From assembly GCA_047602405.1 (NCBI GenBank), contig JASGHJ010000002.1, forward strand, positions 2,752,001-2,816,000: 64,000 nt of DNA, given 5' to 3'. The position numbers and the translations under genes are program-made. Positions 31,737 through 44,614 of this stretch are shown in pieces. The notes under the pieces were generated by a model. The model worked only from the letters and a program-made list of their open reading frames with translations. It was not told the origin of the DNA and ran no database searches. Every line of letters begins with the position of its first letter. The first letter of the stretch is position 1. This stretch comes from Anaeromyxobacteraceae bacterium (GTDB lineage Bacteria > Myxococcota > Myxococcia > Myxococcales > Anaeromyxobacteraceae).

Positions 31737-32933
31737 GTGAAGCTCCTGATCGCCGATGCCTTCCCGAAGGACCGCGTGCAGGACCTCACCGCCCTCGGGC
31801 TCGAGGTCGTGCTCCAGCCGGACGTCTCCGTGAAGGACCTGCCCGAGGCCGCGAAGGACGCCTCGATCCTCGTCGTCCGGTCGAAGCAGGTGACCGCCGA
31901 GGTGTTCGAGAAGGCGGCGGCGCTCTCGCTCGTCGTGCGCGCCGGCGCGGGCGTCAACACCATCGACGTCGCGGCCGCCTCGCGGCGCGGCGTGTTCGTC
32001 ACGAACTGCCCGGGCCAGAACGCCATCGCGGTGGCCGAGCTCGCGATCGGGCTCCTCCTCGCGCTCGATCGGCGGATCCCGGACAACGTGGAGCGCCTGC
32101 GGGCGGGCAAGTGGGAGAAGAAGCGGTTCAGCGACGCGCAGGGGCTCTTCGGCCGCACGCTCGGCGTGGCGGGCCTCGGCGCCATCGGCAAGGAGACGGT
32201 CCGGCGCGCGCAGGCGCTCGGCATGCGGGTCGTGGCCTGGTCGCGGTCGCTCGACGACGAGGGCGCGAAGCGGCTCGGGGTCGAGCGCGCGGCGGACCTC
32301 GTCGCGCTGGCGCGCGCCTCCGACTACCTCTCGCTCCACCTGCCGCTCAAGCCGGAGACGCGCGGCGCGGTGAACGCCGCGGTCCTCGGCGCCCTGAAGC
32401 CCGGGGCCGGGCTCATCAACACCGCGCGCGCCGAGGTGGTCGACCAGGCCGCGCTGCTCGAGGCCGCGAAGGCGGGCAAGATCCGGGTCGCGACCGACGT
32501 GTTCCAGGGCGAGCCGGAGAAGGGCACCGCCGACTTCACGAGCGAGCTCGGGCAGCTGCCCAACGTCTACGGCACCCACCACATCGGCGCGTCCACCGCG
32601 CAGGCCCAGGACGCCATCGCCCGCGAGGCGGTGCGCATCGTGGGGGCGTTCGTCCGGACCGGCGAGGTCCCGAACTGCGTCAACGTCGCGAAGAAGACCC
32701 CGGCCCGGGCGCGCCTCGTCGTGCGCCACCTCGACAAGGTGGGCGTCCTCGCGAACGTGCTCGGCGTCGTGCGCGAGGCCGGCATCAACGTGGAGGAGGT
32801 CCAGAACACGGTGTTCGAGGAGGCGCGCGCCGCCTCGTGCAGCATCGACCTCGCGGTACGGCCTCCCGACGCGCTCCTCGGGAAGATCCGCGGCGCGGAG
32901 GAGGTGCTGTTCGTGGACTGTGTGGACCTCTGA
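31737..32933 (+). CDS. serA: D-3-phosphoglycerate dehydrogenase-like (with ACT domain)
   Basis: RAGAGVNTID, GLGAIG, INTARAEVVD, HIGAST; C-terminal HLDKVGVLA ACT domain. Confidence 0.8.
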   Translation: MKLLIADAFPKDRVQDLTALGLEVVLQPDVSVKDLPEAAKDASILVVRSKQVTAEVFEKAAALSLVVRAGAGVNTIDVAAASRRGVFVTNCPGQNAIAVAELAIGLLLALDRRIPDNVERLRAGKWEKKRFSDAQGLFGRTLGVAGLGAIGKETVRRAQALGMRVVAWSRSLDDEGAKRLGVERAADLVALARASDYLSLHLPLKPETRGAVNAAVLGALKPGAGLINTARAEVVDQAALLEAAKAGKIRVATDVFQGEPEKGTADFTSELGQLPNVYGTHHIGASTAQAQDAIAREAVRIVGAFVRTGEVPNCVNVAKKTPARARLVVRHLDKVGVLANVLGVVREAGINVEEVQNTVFEEARAASCSIDLAVRPPDALLGKIRGAEEVLFVDCVDL

Positions 32934-32974
32934 GGCGGCCGGAGCCCGACGCCGGGCCCCGGCCGCTCCGGAGG

Positions 32975-33463
32975 CTACAGCCCGGTCTTCGCCACCACCC
33001 GGTCGCGCACCATCGCGCCGACGCCGGTGAGGCCCTCGGTGGGGATCGCGACGACGAGGCACGGGCTCGTCACGACCTGGGCCGTCATCATCCCGTCCTG
33101 CGGGACGGTGAACGCGACCTTGATGCCCGCGGCGCCGTCCTTCACGGGCGCCTTGGCCGAGGCGAGCTCGACCGCGTAGCCGCCGGTCGGCTTCTGGCCG
33201 TCGGTGATGAGGACCACCGCCTCCTTCGCCCAGTCGATCTCGGGCACCTTCGCCGGGGCGACCCCGCCGACCGAGAGGGCCGCGACCAGCGCCGGCTCGT
33301 CCGCGAGCCGCTTCACGACGGGGAAGTCCCCGCCGCCGCCGCACTGGATGCCCGCCCCGACCACCCGGACCGGGATCTCCCGATCGCCCTTGCAGCCGCC
33401 GCCGTCGGCGCCGGCGAGGAGGAGGACCGCGACCACGCCCCCGACCGCGTGCTTCCTGCTCAC
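32975..33463 (-). CDS. PrcB C-terminal-domain protein (protease complex accessory subunit)
   Basis: PEIDWAKE, GQKPTGGYAVE, MTAQVVTSPCLVVAIP; GTGA-coupled to the S8 protease. Confidence 0.75.
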   Translation of the reverse strand: MSRKHAVGGVVAVLLLAGADGGGCKGDREIPVRVVGAGIQCGGGGDFPVVKRLADEPALVAALSVGGVAPAKVPEIDWAKEAVVLITDGQKPTGGYAVELASAKAPVKDGAAGIKVAFTVPQDGMMTAQVVTSPCLVVAIPTEGLTGVGAMVRDRVVAKTGL

Positions 33464-36432
33464 TTGCCACCTCCGAGCGGGCGGACGGCGAGCGGGCGCT
33501 TCACGCCTCCCGCCGGGAGCGCGGCCACGTCCCCGCCCGCGGAGGCGAGGCCGGTGCCCGGGTCGAAGCCGACCGTGAAGTCGAGGCCGGTCTTGTTGCC
33601 GGTGAAGTCGAGCTGCGTGACCACGCCGAGCGTCGGCCACGCGCCGCAGGCCTCGCCGTCGTCGCAGATGAACCCGTCGTCGTCGGAGTCGGTGCCGGCG
33701 ACGAGGATGTACTTGCCCGCCGGGACGCCGGTGAACTGCCAGGTGTACGTGCCGCCGGAGCCGCGCCCGCCGCCACCCGCGACCGGGTCGGGCTTGTTCG
33801 GGTCGATGACGAGCAGGTAGACGAAGCCGGCGTCCCCGGTGGTGGGGGCCGCGGCGCCGACCCGCATCGTCACCGCGACGGTCACCTTCTTCGCGTCGCT
33901 GGAGGTGAAGGTGATGAGGGCCTTGTAGGCGCCGTCGGCGAGGCCGGTGCGGTTCACCGAGGCCGTGTAGGTGCCGAGCTTCGAGGCGTCGACCGTGGTC
34001 TCCGTCACCGAGAGCCAGGCGGCGTCGTCGGTGACGCCGGTGACCGAGAGCGTGCCCGCGCCGACCTTGGAGGCGGTGAGCGTGAGGTTCACGCCGGCGT
34101 TGCCGAAGTCGGCGACGACCGGGTCCACCTTGAGCGCGGTGGTGACCGCGACGCTGCACTTCGCCTGGGCCTCCTGCACGGCCTTCAGCGCGTTCACGAG
34201 GCCGTAGCCGAACTCGTTCGACTTGCCGGCCTTGCCGCCGACGAGGTCGGTGATCTTGCCGGTCGAGATGAGCGTGTCGAGGTCCGCCGGCGTCAGCGTG
34301 CCGCACACCGACTTCATGAGCGCGACCACGCCCGCCATGTGCGGGGAGGCCATCGAGGTGCCCTGGTAGAACTTCCAGGACGGGGTCACGGCGTCCTGCT
34401 CCATCATGGTGGAGAGCACGCCGTCGGCGTAGCCGTCGCCGTCGAGGTCGACGCCGGTGTTGCCGCCGGGCGCGGCGATGTCGACGGCGTCGTTGAAGTT
34501 CGAGTACGGGGCCCGCTGCTTCTGCGAGTCGACCGCCGCCACGCAGGTCACGCCGTTGTAGGCGCCCGGGTAGCCCTTCACGCTCGTGTTGGCGTTGCCG
34601 GCGGCGGCGATGACGAACACGCCGGCGTCGTGGACCTGCTGGTACACCGCCTCCTCGGTGGCCGAGTAGCAGTTCTGGCAGCCGAGGGAGAGGTTGAGGA
34701 TGTCCGCGTGCTTCGCGGCCGGGGTGACCCCCGAGACCGCGAGGCCCGCCGCCCACCGCACGCCGTCGATGATGTCCGCCGAGGTGCCGCCGCCCTTCCC
34801 GAGCACGCGCACCGGCATGATCTTCAATCCCCAGGCCACGCCGGCGACGCCGCCGTTGTAGCCGCCCTGGGTGTTCGAGTTGTCGTTCGTGGCCGCGCCG
34901 ATGGTGCCCGCCACGTGCGTGCCGTGGAACGAGCTCGGGGTGCCGTTCGCGCCGTCGCCCGGATCGGTCGGATCGGCGTCGCGGCCGCCGCCGTCGCCGG
35001 AGATGGCCGCGGTCGAGATGAAGTCGAAGCCCGCGACGAGCTTCCCGGCCGGGAAGTCCGGGTGGCTCGCGCCCTGGCCGGTGTCCACCACCGCCACGAT
35101 CACGCCGGAGGAGCCGGTCGTGATGTCCCAGGCCTGCGGCAGCTGGATGAGCGGGTAGTGCCACTGGTACGGGTAGAAGGCGTCGTTCGGGACCGCCTGC
35201 GGCTGGAAGACGTAGTTCGGGTCGGCGCTCGCCACGTCGTCGCGGGCCCGCATCGCCGTGATGAGGTTCCAGGTCTCCTGGCGCGCGGTGGCCTCGTCGT
35301 CGAGGACCGCGGAGTCGAGGGAGACCGGCTTCGCGCCGAGCTTCGCGAGCGTGGCGGCGCGCAGCGCCGGGTCGAGCGGGAGGCCGAGGTGCGCGGGGCC
35401 GCTCGTGAGGTCACCGCCGAGCGCGACGAGGCCGAGCTCGCCCGCCTTCGCGGCGAGGTTCTTCGGGCCGCCGGCGGCCGCCCGCGCCGAGACCGCGCCG
35501 TCGCGGAAGCGGACGAGGAGCTCGCCGGGCACGATGGGCGTGCCGAGCCGGACCGCCGAGGCGGTGGCGGCCGTGGTGCCCTGGCCGATGACGAGCGTGT
35601 AGTTGGTGGAGCCGGCGAACGCGATCACCTGGATGCCCACCGTGAGCGGGTTGGCCAGCGAGACCTGCTCCGGCACGCCGACGTCGTTCTCGGAGCAGAG
35701 CTTGTTCGTCGGGTTCGCGAGCTCGAAGACGCACAGGTCGACGTCGGCGCCGGTCGCCTCCGCGGGGACGAGGGTGACGACCTGGCCGGCCGCGAGCTTC
35801 GCGCTGTAGAAGTCGTCCGGGTCGGCCGACACGTGCGCCGTGGCGATCTTCGACGCCCAGCCGCCGACGGTCACCGTCGAGGGCAGGGCCTGGGCGTGCG
35901 CGATGTCGTCGTTGTTGCCGCCGGAGGCCGACGGGGTCGGGTCGGCGGTGTCGGCGTCCACGGCCTGGCCGGTCTGCGCCGACAGCGTGCCGCTCATCGT
36001 GAAGCCGGAGCTCGTGACGGTGGTGAAGCTCCACGAGAACGAGGCCGCGAGCGCGTTCCCGGCCGGGTCCTTCACCCCGGTCGTCACGGTCGCGCTGTAG
36101 ATGGTGCCGGCGGCGAGCGGCGCGGTCGGCGTGAGCTGGGCGACGTCGGCCTCGCACGCCACGGTGGTGGGGATGGTGGTCGTGAGCCCCTGGCGGAGGA
36201 AGAAGGTCGTGGCGGTGATCGTCGCGCAGTCGATGTTCTCGCTGAACTGGACGGCGACGGCGGTCGAGACCGCGACGGCGGTCGCGTCCTGCCCGGGGCC
36301 GACCGCGATGACCGTGGGCGGCGTGGTGTCGTTGCCGCCGCCCCCGCCTCCCCCTCCTCCGTCACCACCTCCGGAGCATGCGGCCAGCAACACGACCAGC
36401 GACGCGGCGAGCGCGGCGGACCTACGGAGCAT
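33460..36432 (-). CDS. Subtilisin-family (S8) serine protease lipoprotein with N-terminal Ig-like domain
   Basis: Lipobox LLAAC; triad VVDTG / FHGTHVAGT / GTSMASPH; oxyanion AAAGN. Confidence 0.93.
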   Translation of the reverse strand: MLRRSAALAASLVVLLAACSGGGDGGGGGGGGGNDTTPPTVIAVGPGQDATAVAVSTAVAVQFSENIDCATITATTFFLRQGLTTTIPTTVACEADVAQLTPTAPLAAGTIYSATVTTGVKDPAGNALAASFSWSFTTVTSSGFTMSGTLSAQTGQAVDADTADPTPSASGGNNDDIAHAQALPSTVTVGGWASKIATAHVSADPDDFYSAKLAAGQVVTLVPAEATGADVDLCVFELANPTNKLCSENDVGVPEQVSLANPLTVGIQVIAFAGSTNYTLVIGQGTTAATASAVRLGTPIVPGELLVRFRDGAVSARAAAGGPKNLAAKAGELGLVALGGDLTSGPAHLGLPLDPALRAATLAKLGAKPVSLDSAVLDDEATARQETWNLITAMRARDDVASADPNYVFQPQAVPNDAFYPYQWHYPLIQLPQAWDITTGSSGVIVAVVDTGQGASHPDFPAGKLVAGFDFISTAAISGDGGGRDADPTDPGDGANGTPSSFHGTHVAGTIGAATNDNSNTQGGYNGGVAGVAWGLKIMPVRVLGKGGGTSADIIDGVRWAAGLAVSGVTPAAKHADILNLSLGCQNCYSATEEAVYQQVHDAGVFVIAAAGNANTSVKGYPGAYNGVTCVAAVDSQKQRAPYSNFNDAVDIAAPGGNTGVDLDGDGYADGVLSTMMEQDAVTPSWKFYQGTSMASPHMAGVVALMKSVCGTLTPADLDTLISTGKITDLVGGKAGKSNEFGYGLVNALKAVQEAQAKCSVAVTTALKVDPVVADFGNAGVNLTLTASKVGAGTLSVTGVTDDAAWLSVTETTVDASKLGTYTASVNRTGLADGAYKALITFTSSDAKKVTVAVTMRVGAAAPTTGDAGFVYLLVIDPNKPDPVAGGGGRGSGGTYTWQFTGVPAGKYILVAGTDSDDDGFICDDGEACGAWPTLGVVTQLDFTGNKTGLDFTVGFDPGTGLASAGGDVAALPAGGVKRPLAVRPLGGGK

Positions 36433-36539
36433 CTTGTGAACCCTCCCAGGGTGGCCGGCAGGGGAACCGGCCGTCTGATTCTCTGGCTCAAAAAGGGCCG
36501 ATTTACAACCACGCGAACGCGAACGGCCCCGCCCGGGGG

Positions 36540-36593
36540 CCCCTCGACTCCGCTGCGGCCCGGGTGGCCGGGCCGCAGCGACGCTCGAGGTGA
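36540..36593 (+). repeat. Palindromic REP-like element, copy 2 (intergenic)
   Basis: CCCTCGACTCC-GCTGCGGCCCGG-GTGG-CCGGGCCGCAGC-GACGCTCGAGGTGA. Confidence 0.7.
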
Positions 36594-36641
36594 TCGCCTG
36601 CGCGGAGGGAGCGCAGCGGCGGGCGAGCGGATGCGTCGGTG

Positions 36642-37826
36642 CTACTTCGCGGCGCGGGCCGCGGCGGGCGCCGCGGCGGGCTTCGCGTGGGCGCGGGACT
36701 CGAGCCAGATGGTCATCGGGGCGGCGATGAACCAGGTCGAGTACGTGCCCGAGATGATGCCGAAGAGCATCGCCATCGAGAAGTCGAAGATGGTGCCGAC
36801 GCCGTAGACGAGGAGACCCACGAGCGAGAGCGCGGTCGCGAAGGACGTGAGGAAGGTGCGGCCGAGGACGTCGTTGATCGAGATGTTGACGATCTCGTAG
36901 AGCGACTTGCCCTTGTACTTGGCCTGGGTCTCGCGGATGCGGTCGTAGACGACGACCGTGTCGTTCACCGAGTAGCCGACCACGGTGAGGATGACGGCGA
37001 TCGAGGTCAGGTTGAACTCGCGCCCGCTGAAGGCGAAGTAGCCGAGCGTGACGACCGCGTCGTGGATGAGGGCGATGATGACGCCCGGCGCGAACTTGAA
37101 GTCGAACCGGAGGCCCACGTACACGACGATGAGGGCCATGGCGTAGATGATCGCCTTGAAGCCCTGGTTGCGGAGCTCGCGGCCGACGGCCGGGCCGACG
37201 TACTCCACCCGGCGGACCTCGGGCTTCGCCTCGCCGAAGCGGGCGCCTAGGTCGCGCTCGATCTGGTCGCGGATGCCCTGGGTGATGACCGCGAAGCTGC
37301 GCGAGCCGGCGGTGATGCCCTGCTCCTCGCGGACCTCGCGGACGCGGACGCCGGCCGACTCGACCACCTGGCGCAGCTGGTCGACCGTGGGCGCCGTCGC
37401 GAACTGGAGGTCGATCTTGTCGCCGAACTCCGCGTTGAAGGACGAGCTCGTGAGCGGGAGCCCGGCCTTCTTCACCGCGTCGACCACGCGCTGGACGTCG
37501 GCGTCGGTCATGAGGGCCACGCGGCCCACGCGGATGAGGTAGGTGTTCTCGGAGGTCGCGCCGTAGGTCTGCACCGAGGCGTCGATGAAGCCCAGCGCCT
37601 CGACGCCCTTGCGGATGTCGCCCGGGTCGACCGACTTCGCGAACTTCACCTCCATCTCGGTGCCGCCGGCGAAGTCGACGCCGAAGTTCAGCCCGTGGAT
37701 GGCGGGGATGGACCAGAGGATCACGGCCAGGTTGACGACGAGGGACAGCACCACCGCGATGTGGCGCTTCCCGACGAAGTCGAACTTCGTGCCGTGGGGG
37801 ACGATGTCGAAGGTCTTGAATTCCAT
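36642..37826 (-). CDS. secF: Protein translocase subunit SecF
   Basis: GVDFAGG, VGPAVGREL, HDAVVT, GYSVNDTVVVYDRIRE. Confidence 0.96.
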   Translation of the reverse strand: MEFKTFDIVPHGTKFDFVGKRHIAVVLSLVVNLAVILWSIPAIHGLNFGVDFAGGTEMEVKFAKSVDPGDIRKGVEALGFIDASVQTYGATSENTYLIRVGRVALMTDADVQRVVDAVKKAGLPLTSSSFNAEFGDKIDLQFATAPTVDQLRQVVESAGVRVREVREEQGITAGSRSFAVITQGIRDQIERDLGARFGEAKPEVRRVEYVGPAVGRELRNQGFKAIIYAMALIVVYVGLRFDFKFAPGVIIALIHDAVVTLGYFAFSGREFNLTSIAVILTVVGYSVNDTVVVYDRIRETQAKYKGKSLYEIVNISINDVLGRTFLTSFATALSLVGLLVYGVGTIFDFSMAMLFGIISGTYSTWFIAAPMTIWLESRAHAKPAAAPAAARAAK

Positions 37827-39691
37827 CAGACGCTCAGCCGCGCCGTCTCGTGGCGCGTGAAGTATTCCATGATGACGCGGGTCACCACGATGGACGTGAA
37901 CATCGAGGCGACGAGGCCGATGGCGAGGGTCACGGCGAAGCCGCGGACCGGACCGGAGCCGAAGTTCATCAGCACGACCGCCGCGACGAGCGTCGTCACG
38001 TGCGAGTCGAAGATGGTCCAGAACACGCGGTCGTAGCCGAGCTGCACCGCCTGCTTCACCGTCTTGCCGCCCCGCATCTCCTCGCGGATGCGCTCGTTGA
38101 TGAGCACGTTCGCGTCGACCGCCATGCCGAGCGTGAGGACGAAGCCGGCGATGCCGGGCAGCGTGAGCGTCGAGCCGATCATCGCCATGATGGCGAGGAC
38201 GAGCAGGCCGTTCAGCACGAGGGCGACGTCGGCGACGAGGCCGGAGCCGCGGTAGTAGAGGACCATGAAGATCAGCACCGCGATGAGCCCGACCAGGGCC
38301 GCGACGGTGCCCTTCCTCACGAGCTCGGGCCCGAGGGTCGCGCCGACGGTGCGCTCCTCGGAGATGGTCACCGGGGCGGGCAGGGCGCCGGAGCTGAGCA
38401 CCCGCGCGATGTCGGTGGCCTCCTCGAACTGCTTCTGCGGGTTCCGGCCGGACCCGAGGGTGATCTGGCCGTTCGTCGAGATCTTGCCCTGGATGTACGG
38501 GGCGCTCTCGACCTTCTCCTCGAGCACGATGGCCATGCGCCGGCCGAGGTTGTCGGTCGTGAGCTTCTCCATGAGCCGCCCGCCCTCGGGCGACATCTGG
38601 AAGGTCACGAGCGGCCGGCCCGACTGGCCGAACTGCTGCGACTGGTCGATGACCGCGCGCGCGTCGGCGATGTAGTCGCCGGTGAGCTCGGTCTTCGCCC
38701 GGAGCAGGTAGGTCCGGTAGACGCTGAAGCGGACCGGCGGGCGCTCGATGATCTCCTCGCCGATGCCGACGAGGCTCCTCTGCGGGTCGACGAGCGGCTT
38801 GACCCGCTCGTTGATCAGCTTCTCGAGCTCGGTGCGGGTGTTCGCGTAGAGCACGGTCACCGAGCGGGAGTTGCCGCCCGGCAGCTCCACCGTCTCGGCA
38901 CCCCAGCAGCCGCCCTGCGGCAGCGGGAGGTCGAGCTGGCGGCCGCCCGGGCAGGTCGCGAGGCCCGCGCCGCCGCCCTCGACGCCCGCGCCGCGGAGCG
39001 CGTCGAGCGCCGCGTTCTCGTCGTCGGCGATCTTGAACTCGAGCTGGGCGGTGCGGCCGAGCAGCTCCTTCGCCTTCCCCGGATCCTTGAAGCCCGGGAG
39101 CTGGATTTGGATCTGGTTGTTGGCCTTGCGCTTGATGTCGGGCTCGGTGACGCCCCACTTGTCGACGCGGTTGCGGATGACCTTCTCCGCCTGGTCGACC
39201 GACTTCTTCTTGAAGTCGGTGAGGACCGCGTCGCGGAACGCGAAGCGCACGGTGCCCGGCTCCGCGCCGGCCGGCGTGAACATCTCGTCGCCGTAGCCGG
39301 TGGAGTCGAGGACGGTCTTCTCGACGAGGCCCGGGTCGGCCGCCTTCACCGCGAGGGCGAAGCCGTCGCCGACCGGCTGGCAGGACTCGAACGCGACGTT
39401 CTTGCCCTTGAGGAACTCGGCGAGCTCGTCGGCGCGGCGGGCGACCTTCGCCTTCACCGCGCGGTCGACGTCGACGCCGAGCGCGAGGTGGATGCCGCCC
39501 TGCAGGTCGAGGCCGAGGTTCAGGTGCTTCTTCGCCTTCGGCGCCCAGCCCGGGACCGTCTGGTCGTAGGCGTCGCCGTTCCGCACGTCGGGCGGGAGCT
39601 TGAAGTAGAACCAGCTCGGGACGAGCTGCCAGAGCGAGAAGAGCGCGACCGCGACGACCAGTCCGACGCGCCAGTACCAGGAGCGTTCCAT
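37826..39691 (-). CDS. secD: Protein translocase subunit SecD
   Basis: LGLDLQGG, GALPAP, TLTLPGIAG, GMAVDANVLINERIREE. Confidence 0.97.
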   Translation of the reverse strand: MERSWYWRVGLVVAVALFSLWQLVPSWFYFKLPPDVRNGDAYDQTVPGWAPKAKKHLNLGLDLQGGIHLALGVDVDRAVKAKVARRADELAEFLKGKNVAFESCQPVGDGFALAVKAADPGLVEKTVLDSTGYGDEMFTPAGAEPGTVRFAFRDAVLTDFKKKSVDQAEKVIRNRVDKWGVTEPDIKRKANNQIQIQLPGFKDPGKAKELLGRTAQLEFKIADDENAALDALRGAGVEGGGAGLATCPGGRQLDLPLPQGGCWGAETVELPGGNSRSVTVLYANTRTELEKLINERVKPLVDPQRSLVGIGEEIIERPPVRFSVYRTYLLRAKTELTGDYIADARAVIDQSQQFGQSGRPLVTFQMSPEGGRLMEKLTTDNLGRRMAIVLEEKVESAPYIQGKISTNGQITLGSGRNPQKQFEEATDIARVLSSGALPAPVTISEERTVGATLGPELVRKGTVAALVGLIAVLIFMVLYYRGSGLVADVALVLNGLLVLAIMAMIGSTLTLPGIAGFVLTLGMAVDANVLINERIREEMRGGKTVKQAVQLGYDRVFWTIFDSHVTTLVAAVVLMNFGSGPVRGFAVTLAIGLVASMFTSIVVTRVIMEYFTRHETARLSV

Positions 39692-39693
39692 CC

Positions 39694-40044
39694 TTACTTC
39701 CTCGCCTCGGTCTTGGCCGGCTGCGCCTCGACCTGCTTCCAGGGTCCCGTGATCTGCTGCTTCACGATGCGTACCTTCGTGCCCGCCCCCACGTCGACCG
39801 TCACGGTGCGGTCCTCGACCGCGTACACGACGCCGACGAGCCCGCCCTGCGTGACCACCTCGTCACCCTTCTTGAGCTGCGCGAGGAAGTTCGCGTGCTC
39901 CTTCGCCTGCCTGGCCTGGGGCCGGAAGAAGACGAAGTAGAAGACGACGGCGATGAGGATGAACGGCAGGAACTGGAACAGCGGGTTCGGCGCCGGGGTT
40001 CCGTCGGCCGTCTGGGACACGAACGCGTGGAGGAGCGGAGACAT
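39694..40044 (-). CDS. yajC: Preprotein translocase subunit YajC
   Basis: FYFVFFRPQ, LKKGDEVVTQGGLVG; upstream of secD. Confidence 0.95.
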   Translation of the reverse strand: MSPLLHAFVSQTADGTPAPNPLFQFLPFILIAVVFYFVFFRPQARQAKEHANFLAQLKKGDEVVTQGGLVGVVYAVEDRTVTVDVGAGTKVRIVKQQITGPWKQVEAQPAKTEARK

Positions 40045-40138
40045 TCGGGTGTTGCTCCGGTGGGGTGTGCTGGGCTGAAAAGCGCCGTGTTCTAGCGTGA
40101 TTTCACCCGCGAGGGCAAGGGGAACGGTGCCTCACCCC

Positions 40139-43190
<3,052 letters not shown>

Positions 43191-43204
43191 GCTAAAAGGG
43201 CGAC

Positions 43205-43843
43205 GTGGCCATCCTCGACTGGATCATCGGCGTCATCCGCGACCCCGGCGAGCTCATCCGCTGGGGAGGGTACCCGGGGCTGACGCTCGTCGTCTTCGCC
43301 GAGACCGGCGCGCTCGTCTTCTTCCTCCCCGGCGACTCCCTGCTGGTGATGGCCGGAGTGTACGCGGCGAAGGGCGACCTCTCCATGTGGACGCTCAACG
43401 CCCTCATCATCCCGGCCGCGGCCCTGGGCGGCATCTCGAGCTACTGGATGGCCTCCCGCATCGGGCCGCGCCTGTTCACGAGCGAGTCCCGGCTGCTCAA
43501 GCCCGAGCACCTCCTCGCCGCGCGGGCGTTCTACGAGAAGCACGGCGGAAAGGCCATCGTGCTCGCGCGCTTCCTGCCGATCGTCCGGACCTTCGTGCCG
43601 GTCGTCGCCGGCGCCGCGCAGATGGACTACAAGCGCTACACGTTCTTCAACGTGCTCGGCGCCGCGCTCTGGGTCCTGTCGATGACGCTCATCGGCTACG
43701 CGCTCGGCACGAGCGTCCCGAACCTCGAGAAGCACATCGAGAAGGTCGCGATCATCGTCATCGCGATCTCGCTCCTGCCCGGCTTCATCGGCTGGATGCG
43801 CCACCGCCGGGCGAAGGCCGCCGCCACCCCTCCTGGGGCGTAG
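43205..43843 (+). CDS. DedA/VTT family membrane protein
   Basis: VFAETG, FLPGDSLL, HGGKAIVLARFLPIVRTF. Confidence 0.92.
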   Translation: MAILDWIIGVIRDPGELIRWGGYPGLTLVVFAETGALVFFLPGDSLLVMAGVYAAKGDLSMWTLNALIIPAAALGGISSYWMASRIGPRLFTSESRLLKPEHLLAARAFYEKHGGKAIVLARFLPIVRTFVPVVAGAAQMDYKRYTFFNVLGAALWVLSMTLIGYALGTSVPNLEKHIEKVAIIVIAISLLPGFIGWMRHRRAKAAATPPGA

Positions 43844-43892
43844 GTTCCCGCCGGCGGGCGGCCGGGCGGTCTCCTCCTGAAAAGGAGCCGCC

Positions 43893-44579
43893 ATGTCCCG
43901 CCTCGCCCTCGCCGCCCTCGTCCTCGCCACGTCCTCCGCAGGCTGCGCCGCGGCCCGGGTGCGCCCGGAGCCTTCCCTGTCGTCGGTGCCGGCGCTCGCC
44001 GTCTCCGGCGCGAACCCGCGCCGCTGGGGCGCGCCGCTCGGCTTCGGACGGTACGCGACCGGGCCGGTCTCGGGCGACACGACGCTCGGCTGGTCGCTCG
44101 GGGTGCTCGCCCCGGGAGCGGGCGTGGCCGGGTCGACCCGCCCGTACGCCTGGACCTCGACCGGCCCGGCGGGCGCGCTCGCGGCCGAGTGCCACGAGCG
44201 CACGCTCGAGGTGTTCGCGGGCTCGCTCGCGCTCGACGTGAAGGGCGCCTCGGGACAGCCGCGCCTCGCGTGCGCCTTCCGCGGCGTCGACGGCGCCGCC
44301 TGGACCCTCGCCGTGCGCGCGACCGGGCGGCCGGTGCCGGCCTACCTCGGCGAGCTCCGGGGCCCGGGCGGCGCGTCCTACACCCTGCGCTCGGTGCACG
44401 CGCTCGAGGGCACGCGCATCCCGCTCGGCACGCCCGCCGGCTGGGTGCTCGAGCGCGGGGGCGCGCCCGTCGCGATGGTCGAGACCGTGAACGCGGGCCG
44501 GGTCTGGCTGCCGGGCGGCGCCGACGAGGCGCCGGTCGCGGCGGCGGCGACGGCGCTCCTGCTCTTCAGCCCCGAGTAG
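43893..44579 (+). CDS. Hypothetical lipoprotein
   Basis: AGGAG RBS; signal ending SAGC; host codon bias. Confidence 0.65.
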   Translation: MSRLALAALVLATSSAGCAAARVRPEPSLSSVPALAVSGANPRRWGAPLGFGRYATGPVSGDTTLGWSLGVLAPGAGVAGSTRPYAWTSTGPAGALAAECHERTLEVFAGSLALDVKGASGQPRLACAFRGVDGAAWTLAVRATGRPVPAYLGELRGPGGASYTLRSVHALEGTRIPLGTPAGWVLERGGAPVAMVETVNAGRVWLPGGADEAPVAAAATALLLFSPE

Positions 44580-44614
44580 CGACCCCGCGCTCCTCCGGCG
44601 CCCGCGCCCGGGGC

